From: the human T2T-CHM13v2.0 reference genome, Homo sapiens | Assembly: GCF_009914755.1 (NCBI RefSeq) | Contig: NC_060940.1 | Strand: one strand, 5' to 3' | Length of the DNA: 64,000 nt | Part shown: positions 38,997 to 59,202 of the stretch, piece after piece | How positions within the stretch are numbered: position 1 is the stretch's first letter | How the letters are laid out: each line of letters opens with the position of its first letter | The notes under the pieces: model-generated | Seen by the model: the letters and a program-made list of their open reading frames with translations, nothing else | Told to the model about the DNA's origin: nothing | Database searches by the model: none | Translations under genes and position numbers: made by a program

Positions 38997-39724
38997 CGAA
39001 CACCTCGGTACCACAGCGCTCCCTGCCTGGTTTTAGTTGACTCTGTTCTCCACTTTCTCTTTTTTGCTTTTTTTCACTCCCTGGCTCATTTGCAGGTTCT
39101 GCAAGGCATCTCCAACACCAGCCATTGTGAACAGTCTGTTCTGTGCAGACAGAAAAGGTGGTGCCCATCCAGAATGTGGTGTGGGCTGCTGTTAGAATAT
39201 TATCAGTTAGAGAAGAGATGAGGGAAAGATAAACCCAGGAGAAATAATTAATAGAAAGGAATGTCACACGGCATGAACTCACTCCAGCACATAAAAATAT
39301 GTTACCAAAGTTCCTTGGAGTTCTATTTATTCTTTTTTTTTCTTTTCAGTGAAAACAAAAACAAAAATATTCTAGTTAAGCACTGAACTTGTCAAAGCAC
39401 AAAGACAGCATAAGAAAGTTTGAGTTTAGGGCATCAGCTCTTCTCTTTGTTAAGGTGAAAAGGAAATAAACAAGGCAAAGATGTTGTCATTGAACGTCGC
39501 AGAAGAGATTATTCTACCAAGGGCCAGAAGGAAGCCTCTTAAGAGTCTTCAGGGTTTGTTAATTTTAATCAGCCTCTGGGCACACTTGGGTCACAGTGGT
39601 GCAACGATGCTTTGGGGATTGTTTAAAAGGCACTATGCACTTGGTTTTACTAGAATTATGGAAAAAGTTTTATGAGGTCAGGTTTAATTATTTAAAAACT
39701 GGAAGGGATCTTAAGAAATCATGT

Positions 39725-41458
<1,734 letters not shown>

Positions 41459-41599
41459 TCGCCCCCTTTACTTTTTACCTGGTAGCATGGGAAGCCACCT
41501 GCAGTGAACTTGAGAAAGTGACACAAGAGCCTCAGCCTGGGAGGCTGGAGCAAGGAAAATCCGTTTTCGAGGAATCCTCCACTGCTTGGTTTGTTTTAT

Positions 41600-42270
41600 A
41601 ATTTCAGGGGCACTATGCACACTGACACGTTGTGCACACCTCCGTCTAGTTCTAGAACATTTCCGTCACCCCACAAAGATATCCCATATCTGTTGTCAGT
41701 CACTCCCTATTCCCTCCTCCCTCCGGCCCCTGACAGACACCCATCCACTTTCTGTCCCTGTAGACTGGCCACGCTAGGCCTCTCATGTAAATGGAATGAA
41801 TTGTGTAATACGTGGTCCCTTGTGTCTGACTTCTGTCACTCAGCATCATGTTCAAGTTTCATCACGTTGTAGGGTGTGTCAGAGCCTTGTTCCTCTCTAT
41901 GGCTGATGGTATGAGTTGTATGGATGGACCGCATTTCATTTATCCACCCCTCAGTGATGGACATTTGTTTTTTCCTACTTTTTGGCGACTGTGAGTCATA
42001 CTCCACTTTGAACATCCTGGCCCCTGGCATGTCATTGGGGTGGAATGGGAGCAAGCTGGGTCTCTTCTGAATCTGGGCCTTTGTTTTGGGTGAAAGGACA
42101 CAGCCTTTGGAAGAAGACAGACCTGGGTTTGGATTCTGATTCCATACAAGTCACCTGGTGCCTCCACCTCTCTGAATCCCAGCTTCTTCATCAGACAAAG
42201 GGATAGTCATGAGGCATCGAGATGACATTTGTGTGTGATCAGCACATCGTAGGGATCCAACAAACAGTCT
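41600..42270. mobile_element. L1M fragment (-, 41600-42040) and MIR (+, 42090-42270)
   Basis: TCACTCAGCATCATGTTCAAGTTTCATC; GACAGACCTGGGTTTGGATTC. Confidence 0.75.
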
Positions 42271-42374
42271 CATTTGTGTCCATCAAGCTCCTTTAATGCC
42301 TTAATTATTACACTGCAGCCTGGGTAGGGCATCCCTACTCCCAGCTCTAAGGTAAGGATTCCCGTGGGTTCTAG

Positions 42375-42588
42375 TCAGGGGTACACCACGGCCGGTTCGT
42401 AGGGCTCACGAGAGCTGATGGTGAGCATCTCTTCCCTACTCCACACTCATGGACTTTGCATTGGTAGCTTGAAATCAACCAAAGTGGGAGTGTTTACACC
42501 CTGGAAATCAGCAAACCTTCAAAGCAGGGCTTACCCCAACCCCTGACCTCTGGAGAGCCAGTTGTTAAACATTTACCAACAACCACAG
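42375..42588 (+). mobile_element. MER63-like hAT-Blackjack element
   Basis: TTGGTAGCTTGAAATC..GTGGGAGTGTTTACACC..GGAGAGCCAGTTGTTAAACATTTACCA. Confidence 0.75.
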
Positions 42589-43334
42589 GTTCTAGTATTT
42601 TCTGTTAAGTTGCCTGGTGACAACAGGCCAGAGAGATCAGGAGAGGGTAAGGCAGGACAGCTCAGGGGTTAAGCCCAAGGGTGCTAGAGCAGACATGTGA
42701 TCTTGGTCCTGGCTGGCAGGCCTGCCACTGCTTCAGAATCTGTGAGCTCCACATCCTCACTGTCTCCATCTCCTTTGGAGCTCAGCTGCACCAGCAGGAC
42801 CTGGAGGCAGGTCTGCTGCGTGGGACATGGGGTGTGGGGACTTCTGGGGAAAGCATTCCTTTCCAATAAAAGTGGTGCAAAGGAGGAGATGCCTCCTCTT
42901 CTTGGGTGTTTTCATGTCCATACAGTGACTCTTGGAGCTGCAGCAGCCATCATGTGACCACATGGAGAGAGGCCTAAGAAGCAGGTGAATTATGCAGAGG
43001 GTGCGAGGGTGGAAAGAAAGAGCTTGGGTTCTCAGTGGCACTGAGCCAGCCCTGGAACTGCCACCCGCTAGACTGCTTTCATGAACTAGCAAAAATACCT
43101 TGTTCTTTAATCAATTTTAATCCAATGCTCTGTTAGTTGTAGCCCACATAATCCTGACCCGGATGTCAACGTATGAAGGGAAGAGCAGGAAGAGATTAGG
43201 ATTCCAAAGAGAATTTTTCAAAAAAAAAGGATTGCAAAGAGGGTAAATTCTGAGAGATGAGCTAAAGAAGAGAAGGAAGGAATATGCCCTAGGTAAGGCC
43301 AGGCAAGGATTTTTCCAATTCAGGGAGTGGCAGG

Positions 43335-44830
<1,496 letters not shown>

Positions 44831-45047
44831 TTAAAAACTCAGATCTCAGAGGCAAGGGGACAAAGCCATAGGGGTATTACTCGCACAGAGGCACAGGGTG
44901 CTGTCAGCAAGAGCAGAGCCCATCCTGGGGCCACTTGTCCCCAGGATGATTTCTACCCAAGGCCAGCATTGGATGGTGAGCGGGGACAAGGGTGAGCCTG
45001 GACATCAGTCTGTAGTTCCACCTTGTTGGAGGAGAGGCATGGCAGCC

Positions 45048-47090
<2,043 letters not shown>

Positions 47091-47119
47091 GCTTAGAAAG
47101 GAAAAAATATTTCTTCTAT

Positions 47120-48707
<1,588 letters not shown>

Positions 48708-48849
48708 AAAGCCCTTTGCAGATTTGCTAAGTCACATTACAAAGGAACCTGTATACAGGCCACCTTACTTCAGCTCCAAACCGAGAATCACTTTCCCCCC
48801 AACCACATCATCCCCCTAGTCATCTGCCCTCCAAATCTGCATTTTTCCC

Positions 48850-49300
48850 CTATCATTGTTGCAACAAATTACCACAAACTAGTGGCTTAAAACAGGACAC
48901 ATTTATTATCTTAAAGTTCAGGAGTTCTGAAGTCTGAAACGGGCCTGCTCCTTCTGGACACTCCAGGGGAGAATCTGTCTGCTTGCCTTCTGCAGTTCCT
49001 AGAGGCTGCCTGCATTCCTTGGCTCATGGCCCCTCCTCTGTCTTCCAAGCCAGCAGGATGGCATCTTGTCTCCTTGCTGACTTCTGCCTCCCTGTCACCA
49101 GGATCCCTGTGATGACATTGGGGCCACCAGGATAATCCCAGATAACCAGCCCCCCAAGCTCAAGATTTGTAAACCACATCTGCAAAGTTTCTTCGGCCAA
49201 GTAAGGTAAATTACTTGGTAATTTTCTTGGCAAGGTAGATATCCACAAGTTCTGGGGGTTAAGATATGGACATCTTTGGGGGTCACTATTCTGTCTACCA
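48850..49300 (-). mobile_element. MLT1D-like LTR
   Basis: ACAAATTACCACAAACTAGTGGCTTAAAAC; GATAATCCCAGATAA; CACATCTGCAAAGT. Confidence 0.8.
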
Positions 49301-49765
49301 TAGACTCTCACACCCTTTCCTTCCAACCCAGGCGTTTCCAGACTTCTTCAAACACATTCCTCTAGGAGTTTTTGTTTGCTAGTTTTAAAGGAGCATGCCC
49401 CAAATACATGATTAAAAGCCTGGACCGGCAGCCAAACTACCTCAATTCAAATCCCAGCTCTCCTGCCTTCTCATTGTTCTACCTCGGCCAATCTGCTTCA
49501 CCTCTCTGCACCTCTGTTTCCTCATCTGCACGATGCAGGATGTCTCAGCTCCTGCTGCCATAACACAGATGCCATAGACTGAGTGGTTTAGACTTCACAG
49601 TTCCAGAGACGGAAGTCCAAGATCAGGGAGCCAACAGGGTCAGGTTCTGATGAAGCTTTCTTCTGCCTTGTAGTTGGCCACCTTTTCCTAGGTCCTTACG
49701 TGGCATAGAGGGAGGGAGGGAGAGAGAGAGAGAGAGAATGTGCTCTGATGTCCCTCTGATGAGAA

Positions 49766-50356
49766 TGTTACCGGTGGAAAGTGTCCAGGTTCTTGGCATC
49801 TTGAACAAATAAATGGACAAAATGTGCAAACAAATCAAGAAAGGAATGAAGCAACAAGAGCAAAGATTTATTGAAAATGAAAGTACACTCCACAGGGTGA
49901 AAGTAAGCCCCGGCATAGGGGCTCAAGGGCCCCAGATACTGTATCTTCTCGGGTCCAAATACCCCCTAGAGGTTTCCCAGTGGCCACTTGGTGTTCACCC
50001 CATGTAAATGAAGTGGCGGCCTGCAATCGGTCTGATTGGTCAAGTGAAGTTACAAAGCTCACACTCCTATGCAAACATCTGATTGGTTGTGGAAAGCACA
50101 CAATCAGAGGCTGAAGTGAAGTTACAAAGTTACATTCCAATACAAACGTCTGATTGGTTGCAAAAAGCGATCAATCAGAGGTACTTTCAATTTCCCATCT
50201 GCCTGGCAGAAAAGGTAGGGGTTTGCAAAGGGGTAGCCTCTGGTCCTTTTGTTATTTAGATGTGGAAAGTTAGGGCTCTCCTTTCAATTTAGTTCTAGGA
50301 AATCAGCGTGAAAGAGCCTTAGGTTCCCTGCCTCCAGACGCTATTCTCCTGCCTCA
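49766..50356 (-). mobile_element. MER51A-like ERV1 solo LTR
   Basis: TGTTACCGGTGGAAAGTGTCCAGGTTCTTGGC...CTATTCTCCTGCCTCA; repeated CTGATTGGT and GTGAAGTTACAAAG. Confidence 0.8.
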
Positions 50357-50363
50357 AGGATAC

Positions 50364-50731
50364 CGATATGGCTTGGCTCCGTGTCCTCACCCAAATCTCA
50401 TCTTGAATTTAATCCCCAAGTGTTGAGGGAGGGACTGGGTGGGACGTGATTGGATCATGTGGGTGGTTTCCCGCGTGTTGTTCTTGTGACAGTGGGAGTT
50501 CTCACGAGATCTGGTGGTTTTATAAGGCAGTTTTCCCTGCTCTCTCTTGCTCTTCTCTCTCCTACCGCCTTGTGAAGAAGATCCTTGCTTCCTCTTCGCC
50601 TTCCTCCGTGATTGTAAGTTTCCTGAGGCCTCCCCAACCATGTGGAACTGTGAGTCAATTAAACCTCTTTCCTTTATAAATTACCCAGTCTTGGATATTT
50701 CTTTATAACAGTGTGATAACATGCTAATACA
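50364..50731 (+). mobile_element. THE1D-like solo LTR with 5-bp TSD GATAC
   Basis: GATATGGCTTGGCTCCGTGTC...CTAATACA; GATAC at 50359-50363 and 50732-50736. Confidence 0.9.
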
Positions 50732-51244
50732 GATACTAATCCCTACCTTATCTGGGTCTTGCCCTCACGGCCTCGGCAAACTTTAATCACTTCCTTATTC
50801 CAAACAGTCATACTGGGGGTGAGGGCTTCAACATATGAATTTTAGGGGCACACAATTCATAGCAGAGGGTAATAATATCTCCCAGAGTCCTGAGGAGTAA
50901 ATGAGTGAATATGCTTACAAGGCTTAGAACAGGGCTGTGGCACAGCGGCAGTGCAGGGGTTGGTTTTTATCATCATTATTTATAAAACATACATTTGGGC
51001 TCTGCAGCTGACTTTCATGCACATTATAAAATGAGAAAAGAGAAAATGTAAAAGGATGAGATAAATTGAAGCTGAAGTCATAATAGCTTTCTCTCACACT
51101 TCCAGAGGATTGTCCTGCATGCCCTTTGGGGTTTGGGGTCCCCCTATTCCAGCCTGGGGTTCTCTGACATTGGCATGCATCCCCGTCACTTGTGTTACTC
51201 TTAAAATGGAGCTTCCTGAGCCTCGTCCCAGATTAACTGGATCA

Positions 51245-51750
<506 letters not shown>

Positions 51751-52739
51751 ATATGTATTTTTGATGTCAAAGAAACTGTTTTCATCAACTGTGGGAAAAA
51801 CCCTGAGACTCACTTATAACCACTGACCACAAACACCCCCAAGTCTAAATTGTTTCCATCTCCCTGAATCCAAAACTCCAGCTGACGAGCACTGAGTGTT
51901 TATGTGAACATGGCCACATCCAAATGACCAGGCAGCCCTATAGCTCCTCACAGTCAAGTTCCTGTACGGTTTCCTCAAGATGCAAAAACATTTTGAAGTA
52001 TGAGATTCGAGCTTCATACCCTGCCCAAGCCTTCTGTTTAAAGGTGGAATGCATTCCCTGCTTTTTTTCTTTTTAAATCTGCCCCCTTCTTGGTTTCTAA
52101 TGACATTTGACATTTGACGTTCACCACTGCTGTGAGTTCTCCTCCGCCACTGTCAACACAGCCATGCCCAGCTACTAACGCAGAGACAGCAATGCTCCAG
52201 GCCAGAGCATATGTTGGAGACCTACATTCATTTCATAAATGTGAGCAACACAGTTTCCCATTCCTTTTGACTCATTTTTTCCTTCCTTTTCTCCACTTGC
52301 CAGTTGGGGTGGACTCCAGCGTGGCTGAGGGCAGACGCCGCCGCCCCTGAGAGCTGCTTCTGGTTCACGTGGCTTCTTAGAGAACCACAACTCCAGCCCT
52401 CCTCTCTGTAGGGGACACAAATTCACCGCTTGCCCTTTGTCCCCAGAAGATGTTTTCTAACAGCCCAAGGGCCGATCCGGAATCAGAGAAAAACACTCCG
52501 TGGGGGAGGCCAGAGGAATATTTAGTTTGTGTTTTATTAGCCCTTGCTGGGTCTCCAGATCTGAACCCCGGCGGGGCCTGTGTGCTCAGATCTTCCCACA
52601 GCGTACCCCTGAAGCCCAGCTCAGGCAGCCTGAGGATTAGAATAAATGAAAATCATTATCTGAGCTGTTTGGCACACGTGCGTGTGCAAGAGCCAGGGGC
52701 CATTTTCAAGGGAAAATGCCTGTTGCAGTTTCCTAAATC

Positions 52740-54080
52740 CTTTCTCATTTTTGACTTATTTGATCCTGGCAACAACTTGGTGAGATTGGTTTATCCGTGA
52801 GTCCATTTCACAGGCAGGAAAGTGGTGTCGCAGGGAGGCCGAGTGACTTGTCCACAGCCACGCAGCTGGGAAACGGGGAGACAGATTCAGGTGAGGACCT
52901 GCTGCCTCCGCGGTGCGGGGTACACCTTTCTCTCTCTTCCTCCTGCCTCCTTTCCTCTTCCTTCCTTCTTCTCCAAACTTCCACTCACCTATTTTTAAAA
53001 CTCTTTTTGGAGATGGGGTCTGGCTATGTTGCCCAGGCTAGACCCAAGCCCCTGGGCTCAAGCAGTCCTCCCACCTCAGCTTCTTGAGTAGCTAGGATGA
53101 CAGGTGCATGCTACCACACCTTGCTCAACTATTTTTAATTGAAAAATTAACATACGCAAATGGTTAAACAACCACAACCAAACAGTACAGGAAAGGATGT
53201 CCTGAAAAGTAAGCTTCCTTCCACCCCAAATCTTCAGGGTCCCAGACCCCCTTTTTCTAGCTATGTGTGTGTATATGTGCTCGTGCACACATATGTGTAT
53301 GCACACTTAGGTGTGCATGTGTGATACATTACTCGGCCTCCTACACAGACAGTAGCAGCCCATGCGTTGGGTGCCTCTGGTTCTTCTTATTTCTCTCTCT
53401 CTCTCTTTTTTTTTTTTTTTGTTTTTGAGACAGAGTCTTGTTCTGCCTTCCAGGCTGGAGTGCAGTGGCACAAGCTCGGCTCACTGCAAACCTCCACCTC
53501 CCGGGTTCAAGCAATTCTCGTGTCTCAGCCACCCAAGTAGCTGGGATTACAGGTGCCCATCACCACACCCAGCTAATTTTTGTATTTTTAGTAGAGACAG
53601 GGTTTTGTCACGTTGGCTGGGCTTGTCTCTAACTCCTGACCTCAGGTGATCTGCCCGCCTCAGCCTCCCAAAGTGCTGGAATTACAGGCGTGAGCTGCCA
53701 CTTCCAGCCCTTCTTATTTCTCTTGAAAGCTGTTCTGTGTCCACATGGATGGAGCCACCACGCTTTTTGCTGACTGCACAAGAGCTCTCAGTGCATGGGG
53801 AGTAGGCTGTCCTTCTCCAATCCTCTCCACCAACAGGCATGAGGCTGCTCTCAGTCTCTGCTGTAATCAACGCATGGTGTGGGTCATGCCTTTGGCACAT
53901 ATATGCCTTTGTGCCCCTATGCCAGTGCCTCACTCAGGAAGAATCCTCGGAGGAGAACTGCTGCGCAAGAGGATTTGCCGTTGTCAGTGCCGGGGCTGTG
54001 GTTAAATTGCCTCCCCGTAGGCTGCACTTGCTCACACGCCTGCCCTCCCGGTGTCAGGGTCATGCCCCTCACTCCTAACG
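52740..54080 (-). mobile_element. MIR (52740-52900), FLAM (53000-53125), AluS (53405-53710, TSD TTCTTATTTCTCT), GC-drifted L1ME (53720-54080)
   Basis: Consensus motifs. Confidence 0.7.
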
Positions 54081-54779
54081 CCATGCAGCACGTAGCCATT
54101 CAGGGGCCCTTTGGGGGCCCCTCCCAGTGAGCTCACTCTAATCAGAGACAGCAAAGGTGTTGGATCTGCTTGATTTTCAAATGATTTACCCAGAAGCATC
54201 CACCCTCTCAGCCTCTAGTGTGGGGAATATGAGCCCTTCCCTGGAAACACTGCTAGAAAAAGAAAAAAAAAAAAAAGGAAGAGAGAGAGAGGGCTCATTG
54301 AATAGGGCATCCCTAAAACGTGGACAGAGGAAGCAGAGAGAATGGAGTCCAAACACTCAGATCCTGTTGTCACCCCACCAGGGTCTACCCAGCAACGCCG
54401 AGACACTGAACAGGGCCCTCGTGAGTGCCTAGAAACGGTGGTGATCAACTCCCACCCCTGAGCCTCCCTCAGTCCCCAGATCAGCAGCAGGGATTTTTTT
54501 ACAGCCCTCTACCCAGCCACCCTGGGTCCTGTGCAGCCAACCTGGGTCCACACATGTCCGGGACTCACAGATGAGATGGAACTGTCCCACGCATGGTCTC
54601 TGGGGCAGAAACTGCTGCGGAGCCTGCCGAGGCCACTCCTGCCGACTGGCCAGGGCACAGCATCTGACCCAGGAGGCTGTGACCTCGCTGCCCCAGGCCT
54701 GGCATGGCCTGTGGACAGTGGCCCGTCCCGCCGGCCACCAGGAACCTCCCCTCAGTGCCCACCCCATCCACCTCGCCAA

Positions 54780-55250
54780 GACTAATCTAGAAATTATTTA
54801 TAGATCCGAACTCCACAGAAACCATTGTGTCTGCCGTTGCCATGGCAATGGGGATGTGGCAGGAGCGCCAGGCTCTCAGGCTTTCCAGGGCCCGTGGAGG
54901 CCGGCAAGGGCGGTCGATTTCTCCCAGGAGCCCCTGACTCACGCCCACCTTCAGAGGCCCCCGGGAGTGAAGAAGACAGCCTTCCCACCCGTTTCCAGCA
55001 GGGCTGGCTGCATCCAGGAAGACAGCGCTGCTGGTGAGTGGTTCGGCTTTGTTTCAGACCACTCAAAGAAATCATCTAGAACAACGTCCGCAAGACTGGC
55101 GGTGCAACTGTCCCCCTTGGAACCTCTCGGGAACACAGCCTCTGTCTCCTCACCGCAGAGCAGCTGCGTCAGACTCCCAGACGGCGGGGCCTAGGGATCT
55201 GTGTTTTGGTTTTGGGATCTGTGCAAATCCACATGACTCAATAATCCAAA
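54780..55250. promoter_or_regulatory. Candidate distal enhancer
   Basis: MEF2 TTATTTATAG 54794-54803; RFX X-box GTTGCCATGGCAAT 54836-54849; AP-1 TGACTCA 54935-54941 and 55234-55240; CACGCCCAC 54940-54948; repeat-free with retained CpGs. Confidence 0.55.
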
Positions 55251-55957
55251 CATACAGAGAGCCTGGGAACCCTTACCCCGCTCTGGCGCCCTATGTGTCC
55301 GCTTTCATTGGCTTCTTGTATTTCCGGCTTGTTTTCTTTAGGGAGGCAGCAAATACAAGATACGGTCCACTTTTATCTTTCCCCGCTCAGAAAATAAAGA
55401 TACCACAGCCCAGGCTTCTGCACCTTGCTTTTCTCACTAAATACTATTTTCCAAAGCTGTCACCAAATTCGCCGCTTCTTTATTTTTTTTTCTTTTACGG
55501 CGGCACAGCATGGGTTCCCTCCTGTGGGTCGGTGTGCCAAGGAATCTGCTTGCGTAACCAGACCTTTTCCCTAGGAGCAGTTGCCCAGACGCAGCCCCTA
55601 GGATGAGGATGTGTTTGCAGCGACTATTCAGGGAGTACTCCCTGGGGACACAGGTTGGGGGTGGGAAGCTGGACTGGAAAAGGAAGGAAGCTGGGCAGGG
55701 TGCTATGTGGGCACAGTCCTTCTGCAGCCTGAAGGAACTGGGGTGGGCGGGGCATGCCCGACCCCACAGGGGAACTGTGGAGGGTCAATCACACCCAGGG
55801 ATGTCCCAGCCTGAGACCAGGGAGCTGAGGTCTTCATACACCCACCCAGAACCCACCTGTCTTTGGTTAAGCGTGGTCTAGGGAGGTATAAATTCCCAGG
55901 CATTTCCGTGCATGAGGGTGAAGCGGCTTCAGAGAGCCCACAGGCCACCCTCTAAAC

Positions 55958-56853
55958 CAGAGGTCTCCAACCCCCGGGCCACGGCAGAAGGTGAGCAGCA
56001 GGTGAGTGAGCAAAGCTTCACCTGTATTTACAGCTGCTGCCCACGACTCACGTTAACACCTGAAATCCGCCTCCTGTCAGATCAGCCGCAGCATCAGATT
56101 CTCATAGAAGCGTGGACCGTATCGTGAGCTGCATATGCAAGGGATCTAGGTTGCACACTCCTTATGAGAATCTAATACATGATGATCTGTCACACGGCAG
56201 TGACCAGCACGGACACGCATCCCTTCCCGTATGAAGCTTACACTCCAGACCAGAGTTGCCCAATAAAGCTTCCTGCACTGATGGAATGTTCTAGATCTGC
56301 ATTGTCCGATATGGTGACCACTAGTCCCTTGTGGCTTTTGAGCCTTTGAAATATGGCTGGTACTGGTTCATGGCCTGTTAGGAACTCGGTTGCACAGCAG
56401 GAGATGAGTAGCAGGTGAGTGAGTGAAGCTTCCTCTGTATTTACAGCTGCTCCCCATCGCTGGTATTACGGCCTGAGCTCCCCCTCCTGTCAGATCAGCT
56501 GCAGCATTAGATTCTCCTAGGAACGCGAACCCTATTGTGAACTGTCATTCGAGGAATCCAGGTTGTGCACTCCTTATGAGAAACTCGTGTCAGATGATCT
56601 GTCACTGTCTCCCATCACCCCTAGATGGGATTGTCCAGTTGCAGGAAAGCAAGCTCAGGGCTCCCACTGATTCTACGTTATAGTGAGTTGTATAATTATT
56701 TCATTAGATATTACAATGTAATAATAATAGAAATAAAGTGAACGGTAAGTGTAATAAGTTGAATCGTCCTGAAACCATTCACCCTGCCTGGTCCATGGAA
56801 AAATTGTCTTCCATGAAACCAGTCCCTGGTGCCAAGAAGTTTGGGAACCACTG
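55958..56853 (+). mobile_element. Composite MER1A (hAT-Charlie): two partial copies flanking L2-like and MER3-like pieces
   Basis: Left TIR CAGAGGTCTCCAACC at 55958, right TIR TTTGGGAACCACTG ending 56853; CCTCCTGTCAGATCAGC...CTCCTTATGAGAA occurs twice. Confidence 0.8.
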
Positions 56854-57824
56854 CTTTAAGCAGCTGCTGGTGCTGGCTGTTGGAGGTATAAACACTCCAA
56901 AGCTTTGGAGAGCACAAAAATGGTAAAAAGGGATCCAGGGATCCGGCAGGGGCCCTGAGGTTATTCAACACACATTTCCAATGGATTCTGTTAAAACTGG
57001 TTCAGATAGGGAGCTGCCCTGGCTTAGGGACAATCCATGAGCAAATTATCACCCATTTACTCAGCGCTTCCATGAACCAGGCCCTGGCTAGACCAAGAAG
57101 TCCCAGGTGCGTGGACCCCAGCGCGTTTCCTCCAGGGGTGTAGCACTGGGCAGGAGAGGGCCGAGGGCCCCTGCAGCTGGAGGCAGCTGGTGGCCCCTGC
57201 GTGCTCGCGGCCCTGCTGCTGCTTCGTCAGAAATGACACGACATACCTCACTGCACCTCCTGACCTTGAGGTGCGCTGAGAAGCACTGCAGAGAGCACTC
57301 TGCTCATCAACAAGTTTTATTTCTCTGTTTGTGCATTCAGCACAAAATATGTGTATTGGTGTAATAAACTTTGTAATGTGTTTCCAACGTTTGATCCACG
57401 AAGTTTCAGGTCTTTCCCATAAGCAGAGCCCTTGAAGGTGCTGGCACAGATTCCACGATCTGAGGCCTCCTGACGGCCTCTGGAGCCCCTTTCTGCCGCT
57501 TCCCACGTAGGGCTGCCGCGTGTGGTCCGAAAATCATCCTAAAAATGGAACCTTCCACTCAGGCAGGCACCGCATGGGTCTGTGTGAGCCGCATGTTTCT
57601 CAGCCAAGACGCGGCTGTGTAGGAAGTTCCTTATAAGGATTTCCTACTCTTTGTGGGCCACCCGTTCATGCGGTGACCAACCTCATTTGCGTTCCCAAGT
57701 CTGTGCCGAGCTTCCTGTGGGCAGGAAGGGGCCCTCACTGCCTTCTCCCTTGTGGGTCTTCGAGCCCATGAAGTGGGGGCTTGGCCAGGGCATGAGGTGT
57801 CTTTCTGCAAATTAGAGAAAGGGA

Positions 57825-58235
57825 CGTGCTAGGGTTTGAATGTTTGTCCTCTCCGAAGCCCATGCTGAAATCGAATCCCTACAGTGGCAGCATTGAGAGG
57901 TGAGGCCTTGAGGAAGTGATTGAGTCGAGAGGGCTCTGCCATCATCAGTAGATGAATCCATTGGTGGACTCACGGATGAACGGGTTAACATTGGTGGGCT
58001 CACGGATGAACGGGTTAATGGGTTAATGGTTATCCCAGGAGTGGGTCAGTTATCACGGGAGTGGGACTGGTGGCTTCATAAGAAGAAGAAGAAAGACCTG
58101 AGTGAGCAGTCAGCCTCCACACTATGGGATGCCCTGTGCCACTTGGGGCCTCCATAACTGTAAGAAATTAATTCCCTTTCTTTATAAATTGCCCAGTTTC
58201 AGGTATTGTGTTATCAACAACAGAAAACAGACTAA
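57825..58235 (+). mobile_element. MST (MSTB-like) solo LTR with a 30-bp tandem duplication (57959-58018)
   Basis: TGCTAGGGTTTGAATGTTTGTCC...CTTTATAAATTGCCCAGTTTCAGGTATT...CAGACTAAG. Confidence 0.85.
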
Positions 58236-58526
58236 GGAAGCACTCCCTATCCGAGTGGACTCAGCCTGGAAAGGCACAGTTTTCTGTGTGGAGGGATTTT
58301 TATAAGTGCCCCAGGATGGTCGGGACTCCATCCACGCTGAACACCCATGCATCATTAACCTGGGATATTAATGAGAGTATTGGTTTGGGTGCTCTAACAA
58401 AGACAATCAGAGTGGCAGAGACTGCCAGAGGTGGAAGGTGATTTCTGTCTTAGTCTCTCACACCAAGGTCGAGCTGGTGTGGCCCGGGCACCTTCTCATT
58501 TGTCATTCCACAATTCCCCTTGTGTG

Positions 58527-58602
58527 TGGTCCTTGTCCACGTGCTGCAGGGCAGGGTCCCGGGATGGTCCTTGTCCACATGCTGCAGGGCAGGGTCCCGG
58601 GA
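58527..58602 (+). repeat. 38-bp tandem duplication TGGTCCTTGTCCACRTGCTGCAGGGCAGGGTCCCGGGA x2
   Basis: Read directly, one mismatch. Confidence 0.92.
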
Positions 58603-59202
58603 AGCAGACCTGCGATGGAGATTTGCATACAGGAAGGACCTGGGCATGCTCTCAGGGAGAGGCAGGACCAACAGAGGGAGGAGGTGGCTGAGATGCTCCT
58701 GCCGGGTCTCTGAGGCTGGCACGGGCCATCACAGTTGTCCCAAGTGGGAGTGAGGGGCTTGGCCTCTATAGCCCCCCAGTGTAGGTGTGCCTCTGTACAA
58801 GCCAGCTCTCTTCTGCTAAGGGTAATTCCCAGAGAGAGCTGAGAGTGGGCCGCACTCCAGCCAGCAGGAAGGGGCAGGGGAGGGGGAGACTCCCCAGTCT
58901 GTGCAGGGAGAGGCTCAGAAGGTACACACATCACTTTTCATCCTCATCCTCATCATGTGGCCATATCTACCTTCGAGGGAGGCTGTGGGGTGCAGCCATA
59001 AGCCTGTTTAGAAGTCAGGGGTGGTCTCACCATGAGATCAATGGGAAGACCATAACACCTGGCACCTAGATGAGACAGGCACAGCCTTGGTGCTCGGCAA
59101 ATCAGTGCATGAGCAAAGGAGAGATTAGGAGCAGAGTGTCTGCTGTTGGTAGGAAGAACGGGATGTTTTCTCTTGGCTTGGGAGCACACAGAGTGATCCT
59201 AT

